From positions 43,451-107,450 of the forward strand of contig JBFGZE010000002.1 of assembly GCA_041586955.1 (NCBI GenBank): 64,000 nucleotides of DNA, given 5' to 3'. The DNA is from Bacteriovoracaceae bacterium (GTDB lineage Bacteria > Bdellovibrionota > Bacteriovoracia > Bacteriovoracales > Bacteriovoracaceae). The translations under genes and the position numbers were made by a program. The notes below the pieces were generated by a model. It did not search any database. It saw only the letters and a list, made by a program, of their open reading frames with translations, and was not told the DNA's origin. Below, piece by piece: positions 10,505-19,772 of this stretch. Each line of letters starts with the position of its first letter. The stretch's first letter is position 1.

Positions 10505-12040
10505 GTGAATAGATTGATAAATATTTTGACACTTCTTTTTCTTCTTACCGCCCTAAGTGCTTGTGGAGATAAAAGTGAAACCTTAATTAAGGATATCAAT
10601 TCTAAAAAGGTGGAAGAGGCCATTTCTAAAATGGATGAAATTCAAACATCTATAGCAGAAGGCCAATTATTAGGGCGTACGAGTCGCAATGATAAAAGAA
10701 AAATTAATGAGACCCTGAAACAATTAAAAATCAATTTGATGGCACTCGACCTTAACCCATTAGACCATAAGGCCCTTGAGAGAATAGTCCGGCATTTGCG
10801 GTTTTTTGAAACGAAGATATTATCAGAAAGAGATATTCCACGGTTAAACGCCTTAGTCGATATCGTTCGCCAAGAGGCATCCCGTTATGCAGGTCTTCAG
10901 GGCACTAGTTTGGCGCAGGTCCCATGGCCTTTATATAATTATGGATTTTCGCGCGGGATTGAACCCTTTGGAGTTTATTCAGATGGGAATAATTGGGAGC
11001 GCCGCTATTCACAAGATAGATCCTCAGCAAATGTCAGAAATGGAGGCAGAGATGGAGAGTCTTGGCTATTGACCCCCACATTTAACCTTGCTGGTGTTGA
11101 TAACCCTATTCTTAGTATTAAGCATCTTCTCATGATTGATGATAATAATCGCAGTCGAGTTCCTTTAAATATGGGGAAAATCCTTAGTGATGCCTTTAAA
11201 GTTATGGTCACAACTAACTTTAAGGAGGGGCCACAAAGTCTCGACAATAATTTATGGGAGGAGCTAACTTTAGATCGTCTTCCAAGTGGTAGAGATTTTC
11301 ATAGTCTAACCTCTTCAGTATCATTAAAAAAATACCGCGGGCATAATGTCACGATTGCCTTTATTCTAAAAACAAATACCAAAGAAATTGGTAATCATTT
11401 TTTGACTTGGCAAATAGAGCGACTGCGAATATTAGGCGCCGCCGATAAAATGACTTACTCCCCCCGTCAAAAACCTTTTAACCCTGATGATGAAGATGAT
11501 CTTGGTAAAGAAGTTCTACATTGGTCTTTTCGAGAGAAAGGAATGGGCAACCTCCAGCAGACGGCCTTGTCGGGTACTCCTGGAGCATTTTCCTATAATG
11601 AGGGCCGAGGTTGTGCCATTATTAGTCCTAATCGAGAGAAGCTATTCGGAAAACAATTATTATATACCGGAATTTTGGATTTAACGGTGGTTAAAGAAGC
11701 TGCCATGCGTGTTCATCAGACGATTAATTTTTATACGGAAGAGGCCAAAAAACATGATTTGATTAGTATTAAGATCGCTGAAGTCGTCGAAGGGGTAGAG
11801 GTTAGTGATCTTAATTGGTTAGAAATACCATTTAAGAGAACTCCCGATGGAAGCGGATGGAATAGCATGAAGTCCGAATGGGTCAAGTTGCCAACTGCCC
11901 TCCAAGGAAAAAAGGTACGGCTTGGGTTCTTTTATGAATCATTGAAGCAAACCTCTGATGATGGCAAAGTCACTGATTTTTTTCCCGCATGGCAAATTTA
12001 TGACTTTTGGGTCAATGATTTAACTGGAGTCGAATTGTGA
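10505..12040 (+). CDS. Lipoprotein with helical stalk and two repeated beta-sandwich (DUF5017/cleaved-adhesin-like) domains
   Basis: GTG at 10505 after AAGGGGA; lipobox LSAC; repeats ESWLLTPTFNL...VTIAF...WQIE and LLYTGILDL...VRLGFFY...WQIYD. Confidence 0.65.
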   Translation: MNRLINILTLLFLLTALSACGDKSETLIKDINSKKVEEAISKMDEIQTSIAEGQLLGRTSRNDKRKINETLKQLKINLMALDLNPLDHKALERIVRHLRFFETKILSERDIPRLNALVDIVRQEASRYAGLQGTSLAQVPWPLYNYGFSRGIEPFGVYSDGNNWERRYSQDRSSANVRNGGRDGESWLLTPTFNLAGVDNPILSIKHLLMIDDNNRSRVPLNMGKILSDAFKVMVTTNFKEGPQSLDNNLWEELTLDRLPSGRDFHSLTSSVSLKKYRGHNVTIAFILKTNTKEIGNHFLTWQIERLRILGAADKMTYSPRQKPFNPDDEDDLGKEVLHWSFREKGMGNLQQTALSGTPGAFSYNEGRGCAIISPNREKLFGKQLLYTGILDLTVVKEAAMRVHQTINFYTEEAKKHDLISIKIAEVVEGVEVSDLNWLEIPFKRTPDGSGWNSMKSEWVKLPTALQGKKVRLGFFYESLKQTSDDGKVTDFFPAWQIYDFWVNDLTGVEL

Positions 12041-14535
12041 GAAAGGTTTTCTTTTTAGGACTTTTACTCCTGATTGGCTGTGGTAAAGAATCCTATCGTT
12101 TGGACAATGGGGAATACCTCGTTTCTGCCGATAAAAAATATGAAGGTTCAACCACAGCTGGAAACCTAATTACGACCGCAATCAAAGAAGTCCATCAATT
12201 GGACATGGTTTTTTACCCAAGTGATTTTCTTAATGAGTCACTTAATGGATTGGTTCGTCCCAATCTGACTCCTCGTGAAATTACTGAACTGAAAAAGTTA
12301 TTTCCTACTGCCACCAAAGATCAATTCATGGTTGGTACGATGAAAGGGAAAGATATAAAGAAGTTTGTTATCGGCCGCTCAAATGATACTTATCGTGCCG
12401 ATTTGCAGGTGGCGGGGCTTCGCTATCATATTCACACTGTCGGTGGAGTTAGGCAATATGCCTATTTTAATAGGCCTGAAGGTTTAGAGTTTGAGGACAA
12501 TGAGTATTATAATGTGGCCATTTCTCATTATTTTTATTTTTCAGGTCAAACTTTTCCCTCCTATAAGTACCGCAATAGCTTTAGTCATTCATTTAATTTT
12601 TCCTCGACCATTATATCGGCACGCGATTCATTAGAAACTTATTTGAAGACGATTAAAAATCTTCCCTATCTCAAAGAAATTCGCGCTAAATATACAAGCT
12701 TTATTAAAGGTGATGCCGGAGCTGTCAAAATCTATCAGATCCAAGGAGAATCACATCGCAGCCCCTTATTAGGGAAGAGAGTCACGACAAGTGGTATTGT
12801 GACCGCTTTTGGTTCAGTGGATTGGTACCCTGGTGGAATGGATATTATCATTCAAGATAAAAATGGGGATGGTAATGACCATACTTCTGATGCCGTACAT
12901 ATTCACGTTGATAATAAGGCCTTAAATATTCAATTAGGAGATCATATCTCCGTTACCGGAGTGGTTTATGAAGAAATGATGGGAAATGGGCTTGGTAAGA
13001 CTTCCATCAGAGAAGTGATTAAACTAAGCACAATTTCTTCAGGCAATGCCTTACCGGCACCAGTCATTTTGGGGATGCGAGGCAGGCCTATCCCGGATTT
13101 TAAAATTTCATCTTTTATAGGAGATTTGAATTTCAAACCCAACCTTTCACTTTTTGAAGGGATTGATTTTTACGAATCATTAGAGGGCATGCGAATTGAA
13201 ATTAATAATCCCGCGGTTGTCGGATTTCGTGGTGGTAAAGAAGAATATGAAGGGCAACGGCCAAAAGGTCATTTAAGCCTCTATCTGGTACCCGATTCAA
13301 AAGCTCGCCACGATGGACGTACATTGCCTGGCGGGATAATCATCGGTGAGAAAGGTGAGGATTACAATCCTGAAATTATTCAATTATCAGCTAGTCATTT
13401 AAGCCGAGGGATTAATACTGAAACGATTTTTAATATTGGTGATATTTTAGAGGGTGCTATTGTTGGCAATATGAGCTTTGAGAAAAATATTTTCGGTGGT
13501 GGTGATTATACGATGGTCCTACCTCTGGCACAAAAGGCCTTGGGCCATGAATTTAAGGGGCGCGGTCTTGTTCCTCTCTCTAGTCGACCTAAGACGGCCC
13601 TCGTCAGCTCAAAAGATCATCTGACGGTGGCCAGTTTTAATGTGGAAAACTTGGCCGGGAACCAACCTCTTCGTATCAAGGAGATTGGGCGTTCGATTAA
13701 AACTAATTTGAAATGTCCAGATATCGTCAACTTAGTCGAGATTCAGGATAATAATGGTGTTTCTTTAAATGGTGGCCCTGATGCTCAATTAACTCTTGAA
13801 AAATTAATTAAAAAAATCAAATGTGGTGTCAATGTAGAGTATAAATCAATCAATATCGATCCTCTTAATCATAGTGAAGGGGGCCAGCCCGGCGGAAATA
13901 TTCGCGTTTCGATGATTTATAACGCCAAACGCGTGGGTTTTTCTCCGAGAGGGCAATCAGGGGCACTGGAGGAAACTCGTGTCGGCCCTGATGGAAGTCT
14001 TAATATCAACCCTGGACGAGTTTTCCCTGGTAGTGATGCTTTTAATCGCACACGAAAAAGCCTTGTCGTAGAGTTTACATTTAAAGGTGAAAAAGTACTT
14101 CTTATTGGAAATCATTTTAATTCTAAATTAGGAGACACTAGTTTTTGGTCAGCACAACAGCCACCTCGCTCACGGTCTGAAGTAAGACGTGTACCTGTTG
14201 CCGAAAAGGTTAATGAATTCGTTCGTATCTTAAATCAACGGAACCCGAAGGCGAATATTATTGTGCTTGGAGACTTCAATGCCCTTGTTCACGAGGCATC
14301 GATGAGGGTTTTGGCCGGTAATGAACTTTATAATTTGATGACTTATAAGAACCTTGTTGATCCTAAGGATCGCTATACCACTAATCATAATGGAAATTCC
14401 CAGCCTCTGGATTATATCTTTGTGAATGGTAATTTAATTAATAAGTCACCAGAATTTGAAATCCTGCATATTAATTCCGATTTTATGGGGCGATTATCAG
14501 ATCATGACCCAATTATTGGGCGATTTAAATTTTAA
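12037..14535 (+). CDS. Extracellular lipoprotein nuclease: 5'-nucleotidase C-terminal-like domain + YhcR-type OB fold + EEP domain
   Basis: Lipobox LIGC; GNLITTA and LQVAGLRY; IYQIQG...SPLLGKRV; ESLEGMR; SFNVENL, EIQD, NHFNSK, GDFN, LDYI, SDHDP. Confidence 0.85.
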   Translation: MRKVFFLGLLLLIGCGKESYRLDNGEYLVSADKKYEGSTTAGNLITTAIKEVHQLDMVFYPSDFLNESLNGLVRPNLTPREITELKKLFPTATKDQFMVGTMKGKDIKKFVIGRSNDTYRADLQVAGLRYHIHTVGGVRQYAYFNRPEGLEFEDNEYYNVAISHYFYFSGQTFPSYKYRNSFSHSFNFSSTIISARDSLETYLKTIKNLPYLKEIRAKYTSFIKGDAGAVKIYQIQGESHRSPLLGKRVTTSGIVTAFGSVDWYPGGMDIIIQDKNGDGNDHTSDAVHIHVDNKALNIQLGDHISVTGVVYEEMMGNGLGKTSIREVIKLSTISSGNALPAPVILGMRGRPIPDFKISSFIGDLNFKPNLSLFEGIDFYESLEGMRIEINNPAVVGFRGGKEEYEGQRPKGHLSLYLVPDSKARHDGRTLPGGIIIGEKGEDYNPEIIQLSASHLSRGINTETIFNIGDILEGAIVGNMSFEKNIFGGGDYTMVLPLAQKALGHEFKGRGLVPLSSRPKTALVSSKDHLTVASFNVENLAGNQPLRIKEIGRSIKTNLKCPDIVNLVEIQDNNGVSLNGGPDAQLTLEKLIKKIKCGVNVEYKSINIDPLNHSEGGQPGGNIRVSMIYNAKRVGFSPRGQSGALEETRVGPDGSLNINPGRVFPGSDAFNRTRKSLVVEFTFKGEKVLLIGNHFNSKLGDTSFWSAQQPPRSRSEVRRVPVAEKVNEFVRILNQRNPKANIIVLGDFNALVHEASMRVLAGNELYNLMTYKNLVDPKDRYTTNHNGNSQPLDYIFVNGNLINKSPEFEILHINSDFMGRLSDHDPIIGRFKF

Positions 14536-14553
14536 GAATGTATATTTTATATC

Positions 14554-14581
14554 AAAAAAAAGGCCCTCAAAAGAGGGCCTT
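14554..14581 (-). terminator. Intrinsic terminator between the convergent nuclease and FKBP genes
   Basis: AAGGCCCTC-AAAA-GAGGGCCTT hairpin with an A-tract on the left (U-tail on the minus strand). Confidence 0.8.
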
Positions 14582-14586
14582 CGTCA

Positions 14587-15204
14587 TTATGACTGAACTT
14601 TAACTAATTCGATCTTAAAAAGAAGCGTGGAGTTTGGTCCGATTTGCGGCCCAGCACCTTGTGCGCCGTAGGCCAAGTTTGAAGGGATCGCCAATTCAAA
14701 AATATCACCTTCTTTCATTAATTGGAGGGCTTCGGTCCAACCAGGTATAACTCCACTTACGGGAAATGTTGTGGGCTCGCCTCTGCGGTAAGAAGAGTCA
14801 AAAACAGTCCCATCAATTAACGTTCCCTCATAATGGGCCTCCACTGAGCATTCAGTGGTTGGTGTTTTACCTGTTCCAGATTGAATAACTTTATACTGAA
14901 GGCCACTGGCAGTGACTTGAACGCCTTCTTTTTCTTTATTTTGAGCTAAGAAAGATGCACCAGCTTGCTCGTTGGCCGCACCTGAAGCGGCAGCCGCTTC
15001 TTGTTGTTTCGCCTGCATTTCCATTTGGAAGGCCTGCATGATTGTTTGAGTTTCTTCAGGACTAATAAGTCCTGGTTCGCCCAAGGTCGCTGATTTAACA
15101 GCAGCAGTAAAAATTTCTGTATTGATTTCCAAACCTTGAGCGACAAAGTCACCGCCGATTTGACGACCGATTATATAACTAATCTTATCGACTTGAGTTT
15201 CCAT
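14587..15204 (-). CDS. FKBP-type peptidyl-prolyl isomerase (FklB/Mip-like)
   Basis: KISYIIG dimerisation N-domain; HYEGTLIDGTVFDSS, VIPGWTEAL, LAYG. Confidence 0.95.
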   Translation of the reverse strand: METQVDKISYIIGRQIGGDFVAQGLEINTEIFTAAVKSATLGEPGLISPEETQTIMQAFQMEMQAKQQEAAAASGAANEQAGASFLAQNKEKEGVQVTASGLQYKVIQSGTGKTPTTECSVEAHYEGTLIDGTVFDSSYRRGEPTTFPVSGVIPGWTEALQLMKEGDIFELAIPSNLAYGAQGAGPQIGPNSTLLFKIELVKVQS

Positions 15205-15511
15205 GAATAACCTCTTGCGTTAAACGATTTAAAGTGAAGTTTCAATATAGGAAAAGGTCATAAAGTTGACAATGTTTTATAGGGTAATAGGGCCTATTTG
15301 ATAAATAAAAGGGGTTTTTCGCGTTTAAATTGATCTTTTTCGGTGGAAGCTCGTTCATCGTAGTGGAAATAAGGCGAGGAAGTCGTAGATCGCCAGTGGC
15401 GATTTTACATTGGCCGAGCCTTTTAGTTTATCTACATCTAGGTGCGGCATACTCGGCAAGTGTATGATATAATAATGACCAATTAATTTACTTATTTGTT
15501 TGAGGTCGTGA

Positions 15512-16135
15512 ATGGATTCATCATTAATTCAAAATCTTTTTAATTTTATTACTAATAATATTTTTATCATTATCTATGTTTTTGCCGCGATTGAGATATA
15601 CCTGGTCATCAATATCTTTTTTATGATGAAAAAGCATGAATTGGTTCTTACGGATGTATCAGATAATCTTTTAAAAGGATTTAGCGACGCCCCTGACCGT
15701 GACTCGAACCAGACTACTCATGAACGAATTGAAGCGGCCTTGGACTTTATCCACTATAAAATTTCAATGGGATCAGAATATAAAAAGGAATTTGTCGCCA
15801 ATGCGGGCAATATTAGCAAACGAGCATTTTATGGCCGGCATTATAAAATTGAAATATTTGCCAGTGTGATGTCGACATTAGTTCAGGTTTTTCCTCTTCT
15901 TGGAATTTTGGGAACAATTTTGGCGATCGCTCAAACGGCTTTTCAATCGGGCGGGCAAATTGATGTCTCTTCGCTGTCCAATGCTTTTGTCTTGGCGATG
16001 GATACCACCATACTTGGTATTACCTTTTCCATTATTTTTATGGTCATTGAGAGTACTTTTCAGCCAAAAATTGAAAGGGTGATCAATGAAAGTTCTGATT
16101 ACCGAGACCTGGTCTCTAAAATCAATTTATCTTAA
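15512..16135 (+). CDS. MotA/TolQ/ExbB proton-channel family protein
   Basis: FPLLGILGTI and AMDTTILG TM motifs; three TM segments. Confidence 0.85.
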   Translation: MDSSLIQNLFNFITNNIFIIIYVFAAIEIYLVINIFFMMKKHELVLTDVSDNLLKGFSDAPDRDSNQTTHERIEAALDFIHYKISMGSEYKKEFVANAGNISKRAFYGRHYKIEIFASVMSTLVQVFPLLGILGTILAIAQTAFQSGGQIDVSSLSNAFVLAMDTTILGITFSIIFMVIESTFQPKIERVINESSDYRDLVSKINLS

Positions 16136-16148
16136 GGATTAAGAGATA

Positions 16149-16733
16149 ATGAGACCTACTAGAGTTTATAAAAAAACAAAAAAAACCACAGTCCAACTAA
16201 CATCTTTATTAGATCTCCTATTTGTGATGATTTTTGTCTCGTTAATTCAGCAAAAATCTGCGGCACCTATCAAAGTAGAAACCGTCGCTGAAAAAAAAGT
16301 GGTGGAACAAGAAGTTCCACCCGTTGCTAAGCCGATCATTAAACCAACTGCAAAACCTATCTCCACTCCAGCACCTATTAAACCGACTCGCTATACAGTG
16401 CGTGCGACATTTAATTTTTATGGCACGCCCAATAATAAGGCCTTACCTCGTGGTTCTTATGTCATGCAAGGGCAATTTGATGAGAAGACCAGGAAATTGC
16501 AATTGGGAGGGAGTCACTGGATTGAGAGACCGAAGCATTATGATATGGTTCCGCTTTCAGGAGAAATTAATACTGCTAATAACGAATTTAGAGGCCGTAT
16601 CGAATTTCAAGGTTGCCAGGAATTTACATTGAAAAAAGTTGCTCAATCTGGTGACAAGGCCATTAGTGGATCCTGGAAGGGAGAGTACTCCTGTTCGCAA
16701 GGCCCTACTGGATTGACTCTAACGATTGAATAA
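16149..16733 (+). CDS. ExbD-like TM anchor + Pro-rich linker + atypical beta-rich domain
   Basis: LTSLLDLLFVMIF (conserved Asp), PPVAKPIIKPTAKPISTPAPIKP, Cys-containing beta domain. Confidence 0.65.
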   Translation: MRPTRVYKKTKKTTVQLTSLLDLLFVMIFVSLIQQKSAAPIKVETVAEKKVVEQEVPPVAKPIIKPTAKPISTPAPIKPTRYTVRATFNFYGTPNNKALPRGSYVMQGQFDEKTRKLQLGGSHWIERPKHYDMVPLSGEINTANNEFRGRIEFQGCQEFTLKKVAQSGDKAISGSWKGEYSCSQGPTGLTLTIE

Positions 16734-16749
16734 ACCTTTCAAATGTTAT

Positions 16750-16778
16750 CGATGGTATTATAATACCATCGTTTTTTT
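16750..16778 (+). terminator. Perfect 22-bp palindrome followed by T7 (terminator and/or operator)
   Basis: CGATGGTATTATAATACCATCG then TTTTTTT. Confidence 0.6.
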
Positions 16779-16793
16779 ATACGGAGCAAACGC

Positions 16794-17597
16794 ATGAATA
16801 TCGCAATTTTTGGAGGCACTCACGGTAATGAGCCATTAGGCATTGAAGTGATCAAAACTTTAGAAAAAAATGGCCCTCATCAAACGAATCATTCCTTTCA
16901 AACATTTCTCGGAAACCCTAAGGCCTATGAACTGCAAAAACGTTTTGTCGATTGCGACCTCAATCGCTGCTTTGGCGTTAATGGCCGCTCCCATGGTTAT
17001 GAACAAAAACGTTCACAAGAATTGGTTCAACAGGTTGCAGGGAAGTTTGATTTTGTGGTCGATATTCATACCACCACAAGTAATATGGGAATGACCATTA
17101 TTCTCACTCAAACAGATGAGCGGACGCGTAAGGTGGCCGCCTTTTTGAAAAAAAAATACCCTAAATTGATTTTGATCGAAACCATTAAAACAGACGAAGA
17201 ATGCTGTTATATTTGTAATATGGCGCCTAGTGGTTTTATTTTCGAATTTGGTGCTGTTGCCAATAATGTGATCCGCTTTGATCACTTCAAAATAGTCTAT
17301 AATATGGTTTTAGATATTCTTAACTTCAATGAAACTGATGAGATCGATTTATCTCAAGTTGAATATTTCAAATCTTATGAAGATATCAAGTTTCCGGATG
17401 GTTATTATATACACCCTGAAAGAGAAGGAAATGACTTTATGCCTGTGGCCCCTGGTCAGCCGCTTTTTATCAATTTTTCTGGGGAGGTTTTGAATCATGA
17501 AGGCGATGAAACGATATACCCCATGTTTATCAACGAGGCCGCGTATCAAAACGAGCGCCTTGCCATGACTCTTTCTAGGAAAAAGATTGGTTTTTAA
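16794..17597 (+). CDS. Aspartoacylase (AstE/AspA family, M14 zinc hydrolase)
   Basis: GGTHGNE, DLNR, DIHTTTSNMG and FINEAAY motifs. Confidence 0.9.
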   Translation: MNIAIFGGTHGNEPLGIEVIKTLEKNGPHQTNHSFQTFLGNPKAYELQKRFVDCDLNRCFGVNGRSHGYEQKRSQELVQQVAGKFDFVVDIHTTTSNMGMTIILTQTDERTRKVAAFLKKKYPKLILIETIKTDEECCYICNMAPSGFIFEFGAVANNVIRFDHFKIVYNMVLDILNFNETDEIDLSQVEYFKSYEDIKFPDGYYIHPEREGNDFMPVAPGQPLFINFSGEVLNHEGDETIYPMFINEAAYQNERLAMTLSRKKIGF

Positions 17598-18741
17598 GGT
17601 TTTCGACCGCTGCTTTTAAGACCTCATCCTTTTTAGCAAAACAAAAGCGGATAAGATGTTCACCTCGCTCTGGCACTTGGTAAAAAGGAGAGACGGGGAT
17701 GGCGACCACTTTTTGTGCGACAATTAATTGGGTGCAAAAATCGACATCTTTTTGCCCGGCTGGTAATTGGCAGATGATAAAATAGCTACCCTGAGGTCTA
17801 ATAGGGTTATAATTTAAAATCTTTAATTGTTGGAAAAGGTAATCCCTTTTTTTCTGATAAAAGGTAGAGAGCTCTGTCCTATACTGAGGTAATGACTCCA
17901 GGGCCTTGGCCGTGGCGTATTGGGCGGGATGATTGACACAGAAGGTATTAAATTGGTGAACCATGGTGAAGGCATTGATCAATTTCTCAGGGCCGATCAT
18001 CCACCCAATTTTAAGGCCGGTCACCCCCATCGTTTTTCCAATACTTGAAATAGTGACCACGCGTTCTCGCATCCCCGGTAGGCCGGCCAGTGGAATATGG
18101 GGGATATTGTCATAGGTCAGGAATTCATAAACTTCATCACTAATAATATAAAGATCGTGTTTGATTGCTAAGTCGGCGATGATTTGCAATTCCTCAGGGC
18201 CAAAAACTCGCCCTGTGGGGTTATGGGGGTTATTCCAATAGATAAACTTAGTTTTAGGTCCGATGAGTTCTTCAATCGCAGCAGCTTCAATAGCAAATTC
18301 CGGCGCCTTTAATTCTACACAACGAGGAACCGCTTGGGCCATTAGAATATTCGCCATATAACTATCGTAAAAGGGTTCAAAAAGCAGTACTTCGTCACCA
18401 GGATTGAGAAGCGCCATCGCCGCAAGAAAAAGTGCCTCAGTCGCGCCATTTGTAATTAAAACTTCCTTATCAGCATTATAATCAAGGCCGTAAAAATCCT
18501 TCATTTGTTGAATTAGTTGATGGCGTAATATCGCCGCGCCTTTGGCGGGAGCATATTGACGGGAATGTAAAGGGGCGCTGGATTTTGAGGCCTCTGATAA
18601 GGCCTCAAGCATAAAAGGGGGGCCATCAAAGTCCGGAAACCCTTGACCTAAATTGATTGCCTGATGATTATTGGCCAATTGGGTCATTGTTGAAAAAATA
18701 CTGGGAGTAAATTGCTCAATAGTAGTATTAAGAGATTTCAT
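17575..18741 (-). CDS. PLP-dependent class I/II aminotransferase (YbdL-like)
   Basis: AINLGQGFPDFD, NNPHNPTG, SDEVY, SIGKT...TGLKIGW, IRFCFAK. Confidence 0.92.
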   Translation of the reverse strand: MKSLNTTIEQFTPSIFSTMTQLANNHQAINLGQGFPDFDGPPFMLEALSEASKSSAPLHSRQYAPAKGAAILRHQLIQQMKDFYGLDYNADKEVLITNGATEALFLAAMALLNPGDEVLLFEPFYDSYMANILMAQAVPRCVELKAPEFAIEAAAIEELIGPKTKFIYWNNPHNPTGRVFGPEELQIIADLAIKHDLYIISDEVYEFLTYDNIPHIPLAGLPGMRERVVTISSIGKTMGVTGLKIGWMIGPEKLINAFTMVHQFNTFCVNHPAQYATAKALESLPQYRTELSTFYQKKRDYLFQQLKILNYNPIRPQGSYFIICQLPAGQKDVDFCTQLIVAQKVVAIPVSPFYQVPERGEHLIRFCFAKKDEVLKAAVENLKNQSFS

Positions 18742-18828
18742 AATAGTATATGGCCTTTGTGGTGACTTTCGCTCCTGTATTGTTTTTGTTAGACTCTATC
18801 TTGTCAAGTGTGTGTAAACGAGGTGTAT

Positions 18829-19656
18829 ATGACTCAATCGAAAACAGATTTCCCCTACCTTCATGGCTTCGATGACCAAGAACAGCAAAGGCTTCGTTAT
18901 CAGGCCGAATTAAGCGAATTTACAATCTTCGAAAAAATTAACTTTTCAGATGCGAAGAATATCTTAGAAGTGGGATGTGGCGTCGGTGCTCAATCTGAGA
19001 TTCTTTTGCGGCGTTTCCCTAAGATTCACTTGACGGGGATAGATCTCTCAGAGAGACAATTGGCCTCATGTCGTCGCCATCTTGATGAGTTGGGTTTTGC
19101 TAAAGGCCGATATGAGATAAAAAGAATGGATGCCCATCGCTTGGACTATAAGGCCCATGAGTTTGATGGTGCTTTTCTCTGTTGGGTATTAGAGCATATG
19201 CCTAATCCTCTTCAAGTATTATCCGAAGTGAGACGTGTTTTGCGACCTGGTGGTCAAATTGTAGTCAATGAAGTAATGAATAGCTCCTTTTTTCTCGACC
19301 CTTACTCACCCAATGTTTGGCAATATTGGATGGCCTTTAATGATTTTCAAAATGAAATAGGTGGAGATCCCTTTATCGGGATGAAACTAGGTAATATGCT
19401 CTTATCACTTGGTTTTCGTGATATCGAAACGGATATCAAGGCCTGGCATTTTGATAATCGTGCTCCTGAGAAGCGCCGGAGCTTTATTGAATTCTGGTCT
19501 GAGCTCTTATTGAGCGCAAGCGAGCAATTGATTAAAAGTGGAAAAGTCACTAAAGAAGTTGTGGCGGCGGCCAAAGAGGAACTTAACACTGTTGTGGGTG
19601 ATCCCAATGCGGTCTTTCATTATAGCTTTATGCAAACTAGGGCGCGCGTATTTTAG
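18829..19656 (+). CDS. Class I SAM-dependent methyltransferase
   Basis: LEVGCGVG, GIDLS, VLRPGG; ATG at 18829 after GAGG. Confidence 0.9.
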   Translation: MTQSKTDFPYLHGFDDQEQQRLRYQAELSEFTIFEKINFSDAKNILEVGCGVGAQSEILLRRFPKIHLTGIDLSERQLASCRRHLDELGFAKGRYEIKRMDAHRLDYKAHEFDGAFLCWVLEHMPNPLQVLSEVRRVLRPGGQIVVNEVMNSSFFLDPYSPNVWQYWMAFNDFQNEIGGDPFIGMKLGNMLLSLGFRDIETDIKAWHFDNRAPEKRRSFIEFWSELLLSASEQLIKSGKVTKEVVAAAKEELNTVVGDPNAVFHYSFMQTRARVF

Positions 19657-19772
19657 ATAGCTTCTCTCAATTAGATTTTTTTCAACAGAGCTCACGGCCA
19701 GCGACTATTTTACAAAAAGTTTTTGGCCATGATGATTTTCTATCACCTCAAGAAGAAATTATAAATTGTGTA

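Noticed and set aside
15512..16733. Zorya ZorA/ZorB defence system
   Set aside because: No long ZorA tail, no OmpA domain on the B subunit, and no ZorC/D/E genes nearby.
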